Origin: Mobula hypostoma
Taxonomy: Eukaryota
NCBI RefSeq assembly: GCF_963921235.1
Contig: NC_086109.1
Coordinates: 27,654,001 to 27,718,000, forward strand
Reading direction: 5' to 3'
Length of the DNA: 64,000 bases
Part shown: in pieces, positions 12,337 through 24,347 of the stretch
Numbering within the stretch: the stretch's first letter is position 1
Layout of the letters: each line of letters begins with the position of its first letter
Notes under the pieces: model-generated
Database searches by the model: none
What the model was told of the DNA's origin: nothing
The model's input: only the letters and a program-made list of their open reading frames with translations
Position numbers and translations under genes: made by a program

Positions 12337-12614
12337 TGGTGGTAAGGAGAGAATTAAAAGCTCTGTACTGTATTTTACACATGCCTAGGCATTAAGCTCC
12401 TCTCCTGCTTTTTCTTTGGTTTTTTATATAATTATTTACAACATTCCACTGGTGATGCTTTTAACACTGATTATAACGAAGAATAGACTATCAAGTCTGT
12501 AGGCTTTGTCCTGAAGCCTTCAAGATTTGACCACCTGGAAAGATGAGGTACTTAACATTACTTTATTGTTTTTTGCAATACTTTTAAAATATTGGAGCAG
12601 GAGGTAAGGAGTAT

Positions 12615-13160
12615 TCAAAGTAAGTTTGTTTTCAAAGTACATATATGTCACCATGTACAATCCTGAAATTCATTTTCTTGCAGGCATACACAGTAAATCC
12701 AAGAAACACAATAGAATCAATGAAAGGCTGCCCCCAACAGGATAGACAAATAACCAATGTGAAAAGAACAACAAACTGTGCAATACAAAAGAGAGAAAAC
12801 AAGCTTAATAGTAATAAATAAACAATAAATATTGAGAACATGAGATGAAGTCCCTGAAATTGAGGTCATAGGATGTAGGAACAGGTCAGTGAAGGGGCAG
12901 GTGAAGTTGAGCGAAATTATCCTCTCTGGTTCAACAGCCCGATAGTTGAGGGGTAATACTTCCAAGGCGCAAATCCATGGTCTCATGAGACTAACGGATG
13001 CCTATAATAATAACTGTTCCTGAACTTGGTGGTGCGGGCCCTGAGGCTCCAGTACCTTCTTTCTGATGGCAGCAGCAAGAAGCGAGCATGGCCTGGATGA
13101 TGGGGGTCCTTGATGATGAATGTTGCTTTCCTGTGACAGCAATCAATGTAGGTGTGCTCA
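12615..13160 (-). mobile_element. Rex1/Babar-type LINE 3' end containing a ~50 bp SINE-tail insertion (12958-13007)
   Basis: IIKDPHHPGHARFLLLPSERRY motif; the insert matches the 3' end of the SINE at 14241-14551. Confidence 0.85.
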
Positions 13161-13994
13161 AAATTGGACAGACATGTTTGCAACTTGAAGAGTCTAATTA
13201 GTTTCCAATGTATGGGAAGTTGGCTAGTGCAGCAAATGGTTTGGCAGGGGATAGTGCTGTGGGGAGGTGCACTTGCTCTCCACTGCTATGCAGGGAAGTA
13301 TATGAAAGAATACTGTAAGGAAGAGGGGCTCAGGACAATTCTATTTAAAGACCTGAATGATGGAACATGGCATGCATCAGAATAAGGCTAAACTAATTGG
13401 GATCTGGGACAAGGCCCAGAAGGTCTGAGGCAATCTAAATTCGGCCATTTCTGTCCAAAGATCAAACCCAGCTTATGAAGAATGCAAGAGAGCTGGGGAC
13501 TAATGACAAACAATGAGACTCATGACCTAGGTTTGAAAAATACATTTAAAAATTAAAGTTTTTATAATGTTGTGATGCTTTACAGTGTATGTCTACAATA
13601 TAATTTTGATGCTATTTTACTTTGGCGCGAGGTTTGATTAGGTTAAATTAAATTGTGGAACTAAGCTATCTATATATGACAAAGCACAGTTTTGCCAGCT
13701 CTGCTTAAGTGTTCATGTTGCTTTGGCGATATAAAAATAATTGGGAAACGTATTCCATTGGGAGGTATCCCAAATGATCTTCCCCAAAGCCAATTCAGGC
13801 TCTCCTAAATAACACCTGCAGTTTCTGCAGCATCTCGCTCACTCACTGCCTTTCCTCTCTGTAGCATAAACGTACCTGTTTCTTCAATGTAGCCTTACGG
13901 TGATGAAACAGCTTCAGACAGTTTCCTCCAAATTACAAAATTCTTACAACAAGACAGAAAAAGAAAGAAACAATTCAATTTTTCAATTAATCAT

Positions 13995-15145
13995 CTACCA
14001 GGATTTTGAATAGTGTAGAAAGCTGTCGAAGCTTACAATGGGACATTGACAGAAAGCAGAGATTGGCTAAGAGGTGGCAGATAGGGTTTAATCTGGGAAA
14101 GTGTGAAGTGATACACTCTGGAAGGTGAAACTTGAAGGCAGAGTGCATTGTTAGTGGTCGGATTCTTAGCAGTGTGGAAGAACAGAGAGATGTTAGGGTC
14201 AACGTCTATGAATCCTTCAAAGTTGCCACACAAGTTGATAAAGTAAAGGCATCCGTTAGTGTTGCGAGACCATGGAACTGCACCTGGAAAGTCTTCACTC
14301 TCCAGGGCGCAGGCCTGGGCAAGGTTGCACGGAAGACCAGCAGTTGCCCATGCTGCAAGTCTCCCCTCTCCACAACACCAATGTTGGGACCCATTAGGAC
14401 CCATACAGCTTGGCACCAGTGTCGTCGCAGAGCACTGTGTGATTAAGTGCCTTGCTCAAGGATACAACACGTTGCCTTGGCTGGGGCTCAAACTCATGAC
14501 CTTCAGATCGCTAGTCGAATGCCTTAACCACTTGGCCACGTGCTCACACATACACAAGTTGATAGGGTGGTTAAAAAGGTATACGATGTGTTGGTGGTCA
14601 TTAGTCCGTGGAGAGGTTTCAAGAACCTCAAAGGTAATGTTGCAGCTCTATAACTCTGTGGTTAGACTAAACTTGGAGTATTGTGCTCAGTTCCGGTTGC
14701 CTCATTATAGGAAGGGTGTGAAATCTTCATTACAAGGAGGATTTAGAGAGGGTGCAGTATAGATTTACCAGAATGCTGTCTGGATTAGAGAACATGACTT
14801 ACAAGGAAAGATTGAGCAGGAGGATGAGAGGTGACTTGATAGGGGGTGTATTAGATAATAAGTGTCCAACAAACACCTTTTCTTCTCAGAGCAGCATGGT
14901 TACTACAAGAGGACATAATTTTAAGGTGATTGGAGGAAATTATAATGGGGATGTCAGAGTTTTCTTTTAATACAGATTGGTAAGTGCATAAAACATGTTG
15001 CTGGGGGTTATCGGTAGAGTCAGATTCATTAGGGACATTTAAAAGACTCAGATAGGCAGCTGGATGAAAGAAAATTAGAGGGGTATGTGGGAGGGAAGGG
15101 TTAGATTGATCTTGGAAGAGATTAAAAAGTTGGCTCAACATCATG
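13995..15145 (+). mobile_element. Decayed CR1 3' portion split by a SINE
   Basis: VMLQLYNSVVRLNLEYCAQF, RFTRMLSGLE, RRMRGDLI and TRGHNFKV motifs. Confidence 0.85.
14241..14551 (-). mobile_element. tRNA-derived SINE with V-type core and RTE-like 3' body
   Basis: A box tggccaagtgg, B-box-like gagtttgagcc and core ccttgagcaaggcacttaa. 13-bp TSD acacaagttgata at 14228-14240 and 14552-14564. Confidence 0.8.
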
Positions 15146-15199
15146 ACAGTTCACTCTAAAGTGAATCTAAAGGCAAGAGTGTAACAACAGAAAACCTTC

Positions 15200-15400
15200 A
15201 CAAGAAGAGTGGATCGTGTAAAGCCAGCATGGATTTCTGAAAGGAAATCATGTTTGATTAATCTGCCGGAGTTCTTTGAGGATGCGGCTGGTAGGAAAGA
15301 GCAGAAGGAACCGGTTGATGTGATATTTTTGGGCTTTGAGAGGTTTTCATTAACACCCTGCACAGAAAGTTGGTCAACTAAATTAGAGCAAAGAAAATTG
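15200..15400 (+). mobile_element. Old CR1 RT fragment
   Basis: QHGF..RKSCLINLPEFFED...VDVIFLGF remnant. Confidence 0.65.
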
Positions 15401-16165
15401 GGTATAATCCTGTCCAGGTAAGTTGCTGCCTTCAAGTCTCAAGATCAAATTCTGCAACTTCAGATAACATATTTTTCCTGAATGAATCAGAACTGGTCAG
15501 CCGTATGAGAAGGCATCCACCAATAATATAGGCTAGCTCTCTCTTCACTAGCACAATTTGATATGCTGGGAATTTCCTACAGCTCAGCATTTCACAGCCT
15601 TTATGTTGCTTTGTTTGTGCCTCTATAACTAAATAACTGCCCTTATTTCACATCTCCTATGTTTCTTTGTTTATCCTAGATCAAATTCACCTCGTTGACT
15701 CAGCAATGAGATGAATTCATCCACAGCTCATTCCCCATCAGCCCCATTCCTTTGACCTGACCATCAATGCCTCCTCCACATCCCCAACACCCCACTAACT
15801 CGGTGTCACACTAACCACAGCCCACCACACACAACCCACGGTCTCTGTAATATAAAGTAACTTGTTTTCTGCCCTCTGGGGCTGGCTGTGTGTTCTCCCG
15901 ACAACCACAAAGGTTGCCCCTGGGCACTCCAGATTCACCCCCTGTGCAAAATACAAATTGGGCTGGTAGACTGATAGGCAATTGAGGAGAATTGGGAAGT
16001 TGATGGGGAAACAAAAGGAAAATAAGGATCAACTTTATTCACCATATGCATTTACATATATTAGGAATTTGCTGTGGTATGTAGGTCGGCATAATATACA
16101 ACAAAAACATGATTCAACAATTATAGTGAATAAAGAATTATATAGAAATGAAGTTAGATGTTAAA

Positions 16166-16607
16166 CATAGAAACACAGAAAACCTACAGCACAATACAGG
16201 CCCTTCGGCCCACAAAGCTGTGCTGAACATGTCTTTACCTGAGAAATTACCCAGGGTTACCCATAGCCCTCTATTTTTCTGAGCTCCATATACCCGTCTA
16301 GGAGTTTCTTAAAAGACCCTAACATATCCGCCTCCACCACCATTGCCGGCAGCCCATTCCACGCACTCACCACTCTCTGATTAAAAAATTTTACCCCTGA
16401 CATCTCCTCTGTACCTGCTTCCAAGCACCTTAAAACTGTGCCCTCTCATGTTAGCCGTTTCAACCCTGGGGAAAAAGCCTCTGACTATCCCCACGATCAA
16501 TGCCTCTCATCATCTTATACACCTCTATCAGGTCACATCTCATCCTCCGTTGCTCCAAGGAAAAAAGGCCAAGTTCACTCAACCTATTCTCATAAGGCAT
16601 GCTCCTT
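16166..16607 (-). mobile_element. CR1 3' end inserted in a Rex-type 3'UTR
   Basis: YENRLSELGLFSLEQRRMRCDLIEVYK. 8-bp TSD atgttaaa at 16158-16165 and 16608-16615. Confidence 0.85.
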
Positions 16608-16656
16608 ATGTTAAAGGACAGACATGGAATAAAATGTGCATAACCACATAAACTCC

Positions 16657-17842
16657 AAAGTTCAAAGTTCAAAGTAAAATTTACTATCAGAGTACATACA
16701 TGTTACAACATTCAACCCTGAAATTCTTTTTCCTGCAGGCATACTTAGCAAATCTATAGAAGAGTAACTGTAAACAAGATCAGTAAACAATAAACTGTGC
16801 AAATGCAAATATAAATAACTAGCAGTAAATAACAAAAGCATGAAATAACAAGCTAAATGGTCATTAAAGTCAAAGCATCATTTATGGGAACACCAGAAAT
16901 AGAATGAGTGTAGTTATCCTCTTTTGTTCAAGAGCCTGATGGTTGAGGGGTAGTAACTGTCTTTAACCTGCTGGTGCCAGTCCTGATGGCAGCAGTGAGA
17001 AAAGAGCATGACCAGGGTTGTGAGGATCTTTGATGATGGATGCTGCTTTTCTATGGCAACGTTTCATGTAGATGTGCTCAATGGTTGAGAGGGTTTTACC
17101 TGTGATGTACTGAGCCAAAACCACTACCTTTTGTCGGATTTTTCACTCAAAGGCATTGGTGTTCCCTTAGCAAGCCATAATGCAGCCAGTCAGCACACTT
17201 TCCACCACACATTCATAGCAGTTTGCCAAAGTTTCCGTTGACATGCCAAACCTCTGCAGTCTCCTGAGGAAGTAGAGGCACTGTCGTGCTTACTTCACAA
17301 TAATATTTATGAGATGGGTCCAGGACAGGTCCTCTGAGATAGTGATACCCAAGAATTTAACGTTACTGACTCTCTCCACCTCTGATCCTCCGATGATTCC
17401 TAATGTATGGACCTCTGGTTTCCCTCTCCTGAAGTCTACAATCAGTTCATTGGTCTTATTGACATTGAGTGAGAGGTTGTTGTCATTACACCACTCAGCG
17501 AGGCTTTCAATCTCCCGCAGCAAACTTGTATATGGTGTTGGAGCTGTACTTAGCCTCACAATCATAAGTGTAAAGTGAGTAGAGCAGGGGGCTAAGTACA
17601 CATTCCTGTGATGCTCCTGTGTTGATGGAGTAGCAGATGAGATGTTTTTGCCAATCCAAACTGACTGGGCTCTGCAAGTGATGAAGTCCACGATCCAATT
17701 GCACAAGGGGGTATTGAGGCCCAGGTCTTGGAGATTACCGATTAGTTTTGAGGGGATGACAGCATTAAATGCTAAGCTGCAATAGATAAAGAACATCCTG
17801 ATGTTTGCATCTTTGCAGTCCAGATGTTCCAGGATCGTCTGA
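16657..17842 (-). mobile_element. Rex1/Babar-type LINE 3' portion
   Basis: [39 protein letters not shown] and WCNDNNLSLNVNKTNELIVDFR motifs; (ttcaaag)n tail. Confidence 0.9.
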
Positions 17843-18329
17843 AGGCGTATGGCATATTATAGTGTGGTCTTTCATTGATTCTATTATGGGTATTATTCTA
17901 TTATAGATTTATTGAGTATACCTGCATGTATTTACAATGCAAACAGTATTATTAAAAAGTGGTTTAAACTGTTTATGTTGCTGTGTAGCAACAAGAATAA
18001 TAAATGGTGGGGGGAGGGCTAACTAGAATGCATTAGATTGATCAGATTGATTAGATTTTCAGAATCAAGGCAAAAGTGGCTGATAAATGGCAAAAAGGTA
18101 AAGGCCTGCTGTTATGCTTCCTGAATCCTTCTGTCATTCACAATCATATTTGCTTTGGCATAGCACAATATACAAGAGTTAATCTCAGGGATTCTCTACA
18201 CCCTCTCCACCACCACCCCCACCTCTCACCCACCCCCACCCCGCCCGAGGGTGGTAGAGAGAGACCAGGTCATTAGATCTATTTAAGGTGAGGATTTATA
18301 CATTCATATTTATTTAAAGATAAAGCACA

Positions 18330-19160
18330 AAATAGGCTCCTATCTTTAAATATTACTGCCAGCAACCCCCGAGTTAACACTAGCCTAATCACGGGACAAT
18401 TTACAATGATCAATTAATCTACTAGTGGTATCAGCCTGGTAAAGAAGCAGAAAATAGAAAATCCTAAAAAATGTAGTGGATATGGGCCAGTCCATCAGGG
18501 GTAAAGCCCTCCTCATCATTTAGCAGATCTACACCAAAGGTTGTCCACAAATGTAAAATCCATCTTCAGGGACCCCCACCACCATTGCTGTGTAGTGGAC
18601 ATGCTCTCTTCTCACTTTGCCATTCAGGAAAAAGGGCACAGGAGCCTCGTGACTCACACCACCAGGTTCAGGAGTAGTTATTGGCTCCCAACCATTGGAC
18701 TCTGAACCAAAGGGGATAACTGCATAGCTCCATCACTGAACTGTTCCCACAACCTACAGACTCACTTCTAAGGACTCTTCATCTTATGTTCTCAAATATT
18801 TACTACTTATTTATTTATTATTATTTAATGTTTGTGACTTTTGCACACTGGTTAAACACCCAAGTTGGTGTGGTCTTTCATTGATTTTATTATGGTAGTT
18901 ATTCTATTATGGATTTATTGAGTATGCCTGTAAGAAAATTAAACTCAGGGTTGTGTGTGGTGACATATATGTACTTTGATGATAAACTTACTTTGAACTT
19001 TGAATTGGTATGTTTTTGACTGTGGGAGGAAACCGGAGCACCAAGGGAAAACACATATTTCACGGAGAGGACGTACAAACAGAGGATGCTGGGATTGAAC
19101 TTCAAACTCCAACGCGCTGATCTGTGGTATTATCACATTTACCACTACGCTACCATGGTG
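18330..19160. mobile_element. SINE (minus strand) split by a Rex-type 3' end (~18432-19004, plus strand)
   Basis: SINE core ctgtgggaggaaaccggagcacc. The insert is flanked by tggtat on both sides and ends in a ctttgaactttgaa tail. Confidence 0.65.
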
Positions 19161-20936
19161 TACTTGAAAGATGAATGGTTGTAGAAAACTGACACATTAA
19201 AAGAGTTGAGGCTAGTTTAGATCAGCCATGATCATATTGAATGGTCGGAGAAGCCTGAAGGCCTGGGAAACTATTTCTACTCATACTCCTTTTTTTGTGT
19301 GTTCTTGTGAATGTATTTCAGCCGGTGACCATTGAGTACAATCTGCATCCTTTATAGTATTTATTTATCAGTTGTAGTTTGTGAGAATGTGAGGAGGAGA
19401 AATTGGAAACAGATACCATTGGTGTCACCCCATTACTGACTAGCACCTGGGCAACAGCCATTTGCACAATGGTGGCCCACTTCTCTCCACAGAGTTTGGA
19501 GTTTGCAGAGTCCCTGCCAACCGGTTCCTGTCGCTCTTGGTTGTTTCCCACTTTGTCCAGTAGGGAGGGGTGAGGGAGAGTGTGCTGGGGTGACATGGCT
19601 TTCACAGTTTAATGGCCTCCTTTGTGAGCTGTGTGCATGGCACTGAAGGGCGAGGCTGAAGATGAAGCATGAGGCTTGATTGATGGATTGTTGTCAGGTG
19701 AATTATGGGATTGTGGCACACTGACAAGCTAGTGGATCTAACAGATGCATCTGCCACTCAAAAACTGACTGCAAGGGTTAGTGAACTTCATGTAAAGTTC
19801 TCAATGACTGCCATTACTTTGTAAGTGTTTGTCCAGTGGACTTTTCAACCTCTGCAGAAGCTTGCTAGCTTCTCCAGAAAAACCTTCAGTTGAGAACCAG
19901 AGATCCCAATCTCCAGTGTTGTGTAATTTATAGCTGATTGCCAGTCAAAAAGCTTCAGCGTCTGCACCAGCCACAATGCATCTTCCATTTTAAGAAACAT
20001 AGGCTTTGCAATAACTTAAGTGGTGCATACTTGCTGAGGCATGCAACCAACAAATAGCACGGCTAGTGCTAGATATAATTGTTAATTAAATGAATTGCCT
20101 TCAGCCTTCATCAGAAGCCATGGTTGGAATGTAATACCACATATTGACTCCACACTTGTTTTCTCCAACTTCTCAATTTTATGCAACATCCTTCCTCCTC
20201 TCCATGTTCTGACCAACATATATTTATCAATCAAATGCATTAATAGAAATGAGCTATTTATTATTTAATTGCTGCTTCTACAAACTTAGCGTTCACCAAC
20301 TGGAAGATGCATTTCCCTGAAGTATAATTTATAATTTCATTTTAAAAAGATTTCTTCAGCAGTGAAGCTATTTTGAGCTTTCTGAGTTTGAGAAAGACAG
20401 TAGATTAATGCAACATCTGCAGATGCTGCAATATCTTTGTTTATTAATTTGTTATTTTTATCTTCAATTATATTGTGGAAAAGCCTTAGGCGTGTAAGCC
20501 AAATACATGACTTTTGCACAGTACTGTAGTAACTTTATGTATTGCTCTGTTCTGCTGCCACAAGTAAAAAGAAATTTCATGACATTTTGTGAGTGATGCT
20601 AAACCTGATTCTGATACGGGTTTCTACTGAGGACTGAGAGTAGGAAGGGAGCCGGGAGAGGGGAATCATGGTTGGAAAAAGGGGAAGGGAGAGGGAGAGA
20701 GCAGGAGGCACCAGAGAGACAGTCTGTAATGATCAATAAACCAATTGTTTGGCATCAAATGACTTTGCTTGGTGTCGCAAGGCTATGTGTCTCCACCCCT
20801 GCCACTCACCTCCTCCCCATCCCACCCTGGCATTTCTTCTCTGCCACCTGTCCCAACCTCCCACGGTGCTCCACCCTTGCCAACATCTTTGCTCCTGCTA
20901 GATCTACATTTGCTCTCCACTCTACGTTAACAAATA

Positions 20937-20999
20937 CAGTACTGTGCAAAGGTCTTAGGCACCCCAGCTATATGTGCCTAAGACTTTTGAACAGAACAG
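20937..20999. mobile_element. Tc1-like hairpin MITE
   Basis: TA-cagtactgtgcaaaggtcttaggcac...gtgcctaagacttttgaacagaacag-TA. An extra half-TIR lies at 20509-20529. Confidence 0.75.
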
Positions 21000-23322
21000 T
21001 AAATCAGAAAATAGAAAATATTAATTTAAGCCAATATAAATATACAAAACTCTCAGAAGGATGATTAAAGACTGAGGTGGTGATATTGTTAAAAATTAAT
21101 ATTCACGTCTTCTTTGCTTCCACTTTATATGGATCTGTATTTTGTTTTCTCTCTGACTTATCTACCAGCTGTTAGGCTTTCAAATTATGTGTCATATCTT
21201 ATTTTGGTCTCTATCTTTCTATCTGGCTGCTTGTTATATAGTTTCTTCACTCTCATCTCCCTTTTTCGAGTCTTAATTTTTTTTCAATTTGCTTCGTTAT
21301 TTTTTACCTTTCTAATCTTTTCTGCCCTCACCTCTCATTCTCAATTTTCTTGTCAGTTATCCTTTTATATTTCCAACTCATGTCACTCTTCCCACCCAGC
21401 TCCTGAGCCCTGGATTCAGAGTACAATCACACCATAGGGAAATATAGATTAGGTTAGAGAATATCTTGTCTGTTGTGGCTATGTAATTTTCCAGCTAGTA
21501 TTTCAAATTTCTGATATAAATCTCTACAGGCACTGGGAAGTAAAAAAAAAAGAAAAATGAAGCACTGAAGAAGAAAAGCAGTGGAAAAAGATTAAATTAA
21601 AACCTTAAAGGAGATGGGAAGAGACACATATCTACTGAGAAAAAATATGAAATATTATTTTAAAAACTTGATATCAGCCAGAAATTAGCTATCTCGACAC
21701 CACAAGAACAAAATTTCCATTTTAACATCATTTTGCACTCATAGATTAGTTGAAACTTCAATAGCAGGCCACGAGGTACTGAGCAAAATCCATTCAATGT
21801 TTTGCAGGTGAGAAGAGAGATAGTCATAAAAAACAGGTCCTATCCGCGAAACAGCTGGCAAAGAAGGTAATTGTCACCCCACCCCCTACCGTCAGATGAG
21901 ATTAATGTTAACTAACCAGAAGCTTTACATTTTCTCTTAGTCAAAAGATTTCATAACTACCCAATGTTTAAAATTTGTGACAATCTTACATCTATATTCA
22001 GGATACAGCTCAGGAAAACAACTTGCAAATAGCATTTTTAAAGTTCATCAGATATGGAGGGAAGGAAAAAAATGACGTCAGAACGCATTTCCATTATGAC
22101 TTTAGTTCATTAGAAATTTTTGGGATTAATGTTAATTCTATGGTCATATTTGACAGCACTCTAGTCATGTGACCAAAACTCAAATTATCAAGAAACATGA
22201 AGGGGCATATTTGAATTATATATTAGAGCATTATGGCACAACCACAGGCTCTTCAGAACATGATGTGATGTCAATCTTTTAAATTATTTGCAATGTCATT
22301 GCCTACTGTGAAGTTTGGACCAACAATATAAAGGGCTCCATGAAAATACCAATGAACCATTCCAGTCTATAGCCTGAAAATGCCCTCACTGCTTAGAAAT
22401 CATTTCAAGATCTGATACAGGTCATGGCAATAATGTCACTGGCATAGAAACTTGTACTGAAAATTGAAATGATGGTCCCCATGTGTGAATTGGAATGGAT
22501 TTCTGAGAAGCCAGATGGGAAAGCAGAAACTGTGGCCTGAAGCACATTTTTAAAATGCTATGCTGCATTTCATATCAGCTACCTTCTACTTTATCTTCCA
22601 AACCCTGTTCCTTAGTTTTACAAAAAGCAAAAGCTTAAGCTATGGTGAAGGAAATGTGGGTTGATAGCAAGCATCTATGTTCTTTTTTAAATTACATTCA
22701 CTAAAAGGATGTGGATGTCATTTGTAAAAGCCAGGAATTGATTCTCTAATTGCCCCTGAAAAGATGATGGTGAGGCACTTCCTTGAGCTATTGAAGTCCT
22801 TGAAGTGATGGTAGGCAGGTAGGCAGCCAGTCACAATGAATAAACAGCATCACTCATGGCACCATGGTATTACAGCTCAGGACGCTGTAGTTTGAAGTTC
22901 AATTCCGGCGTCCTCTGTAATATACTTTCAAATCAAGATATTGTGTCACTTAAACAGGAGTCTAGATTGGTGGTGCTTGCACGTGCCTGCTGTCTTTGTT
23001 GGCTATGAAAATGCCAGTTGACTAGTCTTGTTGAATAATTATGTTGCACTTTATGGATATTCACCAGTGGTTGGGAAATAAGTGAAGGTTTGACCAGAGA
23101 CAATGAAATAATGATAGTTACTCCCTCATAAACAGAAATGGCAGCTTACATAACACCAATTATCAAAAATTAAGGGAGAAGGAAAGTGGGTAAAAGGAAT
23201 TGAGTAAAATTATAAAACTCAATAATGAACATTTTTTTCAGGCATACAGCTTATCAAATGTCATTTCCCATGCCCACCCAAGATTTTTATTTGACATATT
23301 CCTTCTACCACATACTAAATAA

Positions 23323-24347
23323 CGGTGGACAACAAAGATTTTGCTTTCAGAATAGTTGTAGGTGTATCTTATGGACTTTCTGCTGCCACTCATGAAAATG
23401 ACCATAAAATTTCCCTATCATGCAACATTTTTTTGAAATTGCCTATATTTGTTACTTCAATTCATAATTCAAGTCAGAATAATTGATGCCAAGATTAAGG
23501 AAGGCATTTTTGTTGCCTTTTGACCTGTTTGATTCCGTTGGTCAACAAATCAAACAGGTCATCAGTGAAGGCAATTTGAAGAACTTCTAGTGGGATTGGA
23601 GAAAACTGCATGGAAAGCATTCAAGGATGTTGTTGAAAATCTTCTTGGTAACGACAGAGCACCAAACTATGTGCAACTGGTTGACAACATGCTTCAGGCA
23701 TACAAAACCATGAGGTGCAACATGTCACTAAAGATTCATTCGCAAACACGAGTTAATCAGTAGCTGCCGGAATTTCAAGCAACACACATAAAAATTGCCA
23801 GTGAACGCAGCAGGGCGGGCAGCATCTATAGGAAGAGGTACAGTCGACGTTTCAGGCTGAGACCCTTTGTCAGGACTAACTGAAAGAAGAGATAGTAGGA
23901 GATTTGAAAGTGGGAAGGGGAGGGTGGAGATCCAAAATGAAGATTCATTTTCTGCATTCCCGTTTAGACTTCTTCCCTGCAAATCTTGGCTCTGCCAGTA
24001 CCAAGCATAGTGAAAGGTTTTACCAGGACATTGTGGTCATGGAAAAGCAGTATCAGGCCAACTGGAATCCATCAATGCTGGCTGATTATTGTTGGACATT
24101 TAAGCAAGAAGCCTCAGACACTGAATACAAATGAAAAACATCAACAAAACATTTTTAGCTTAGTTGAAGTACTGCAAAGCATCAGCACTGTTATGCAATT
24201 AAATGCATTATATTCAATACAAGTTAAACTTCTATTTTTCCAAATTCCTACGTGCTACAAGTAGCCTGAACTTAATATTTGTGTTCAGCTTCAAACAAAA
24301 AAAAAATCTGAGGAAGCAACACTTTGGAAATAAATTGTTTTCCAGTA
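23323..24347 (+). mobile_element. Chapaev3-like (CMC) DNA transposon deletion derivative
   Basis: Frameshifted transposase C-terminus: DAKIKEGIF, AWKAFKDVVENLLGN, CNMSLKIHFLHS.LDFFPANLG...HSERFYQDI..MEKQYQANWNPSMLADYCW. Weak TIRs tggacaacaa / ttgttttcca. Confidence 0.7.
23741..23939 (-). mobile_element. PLE terminal-repeat short insertion in the Chapaev-like element
   Basis: 10-bp TSD aagattcatt at 23731-23740 and 23940-23949. The hammerhead core is mutated to CTGACAA. Confidence 0.9.
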
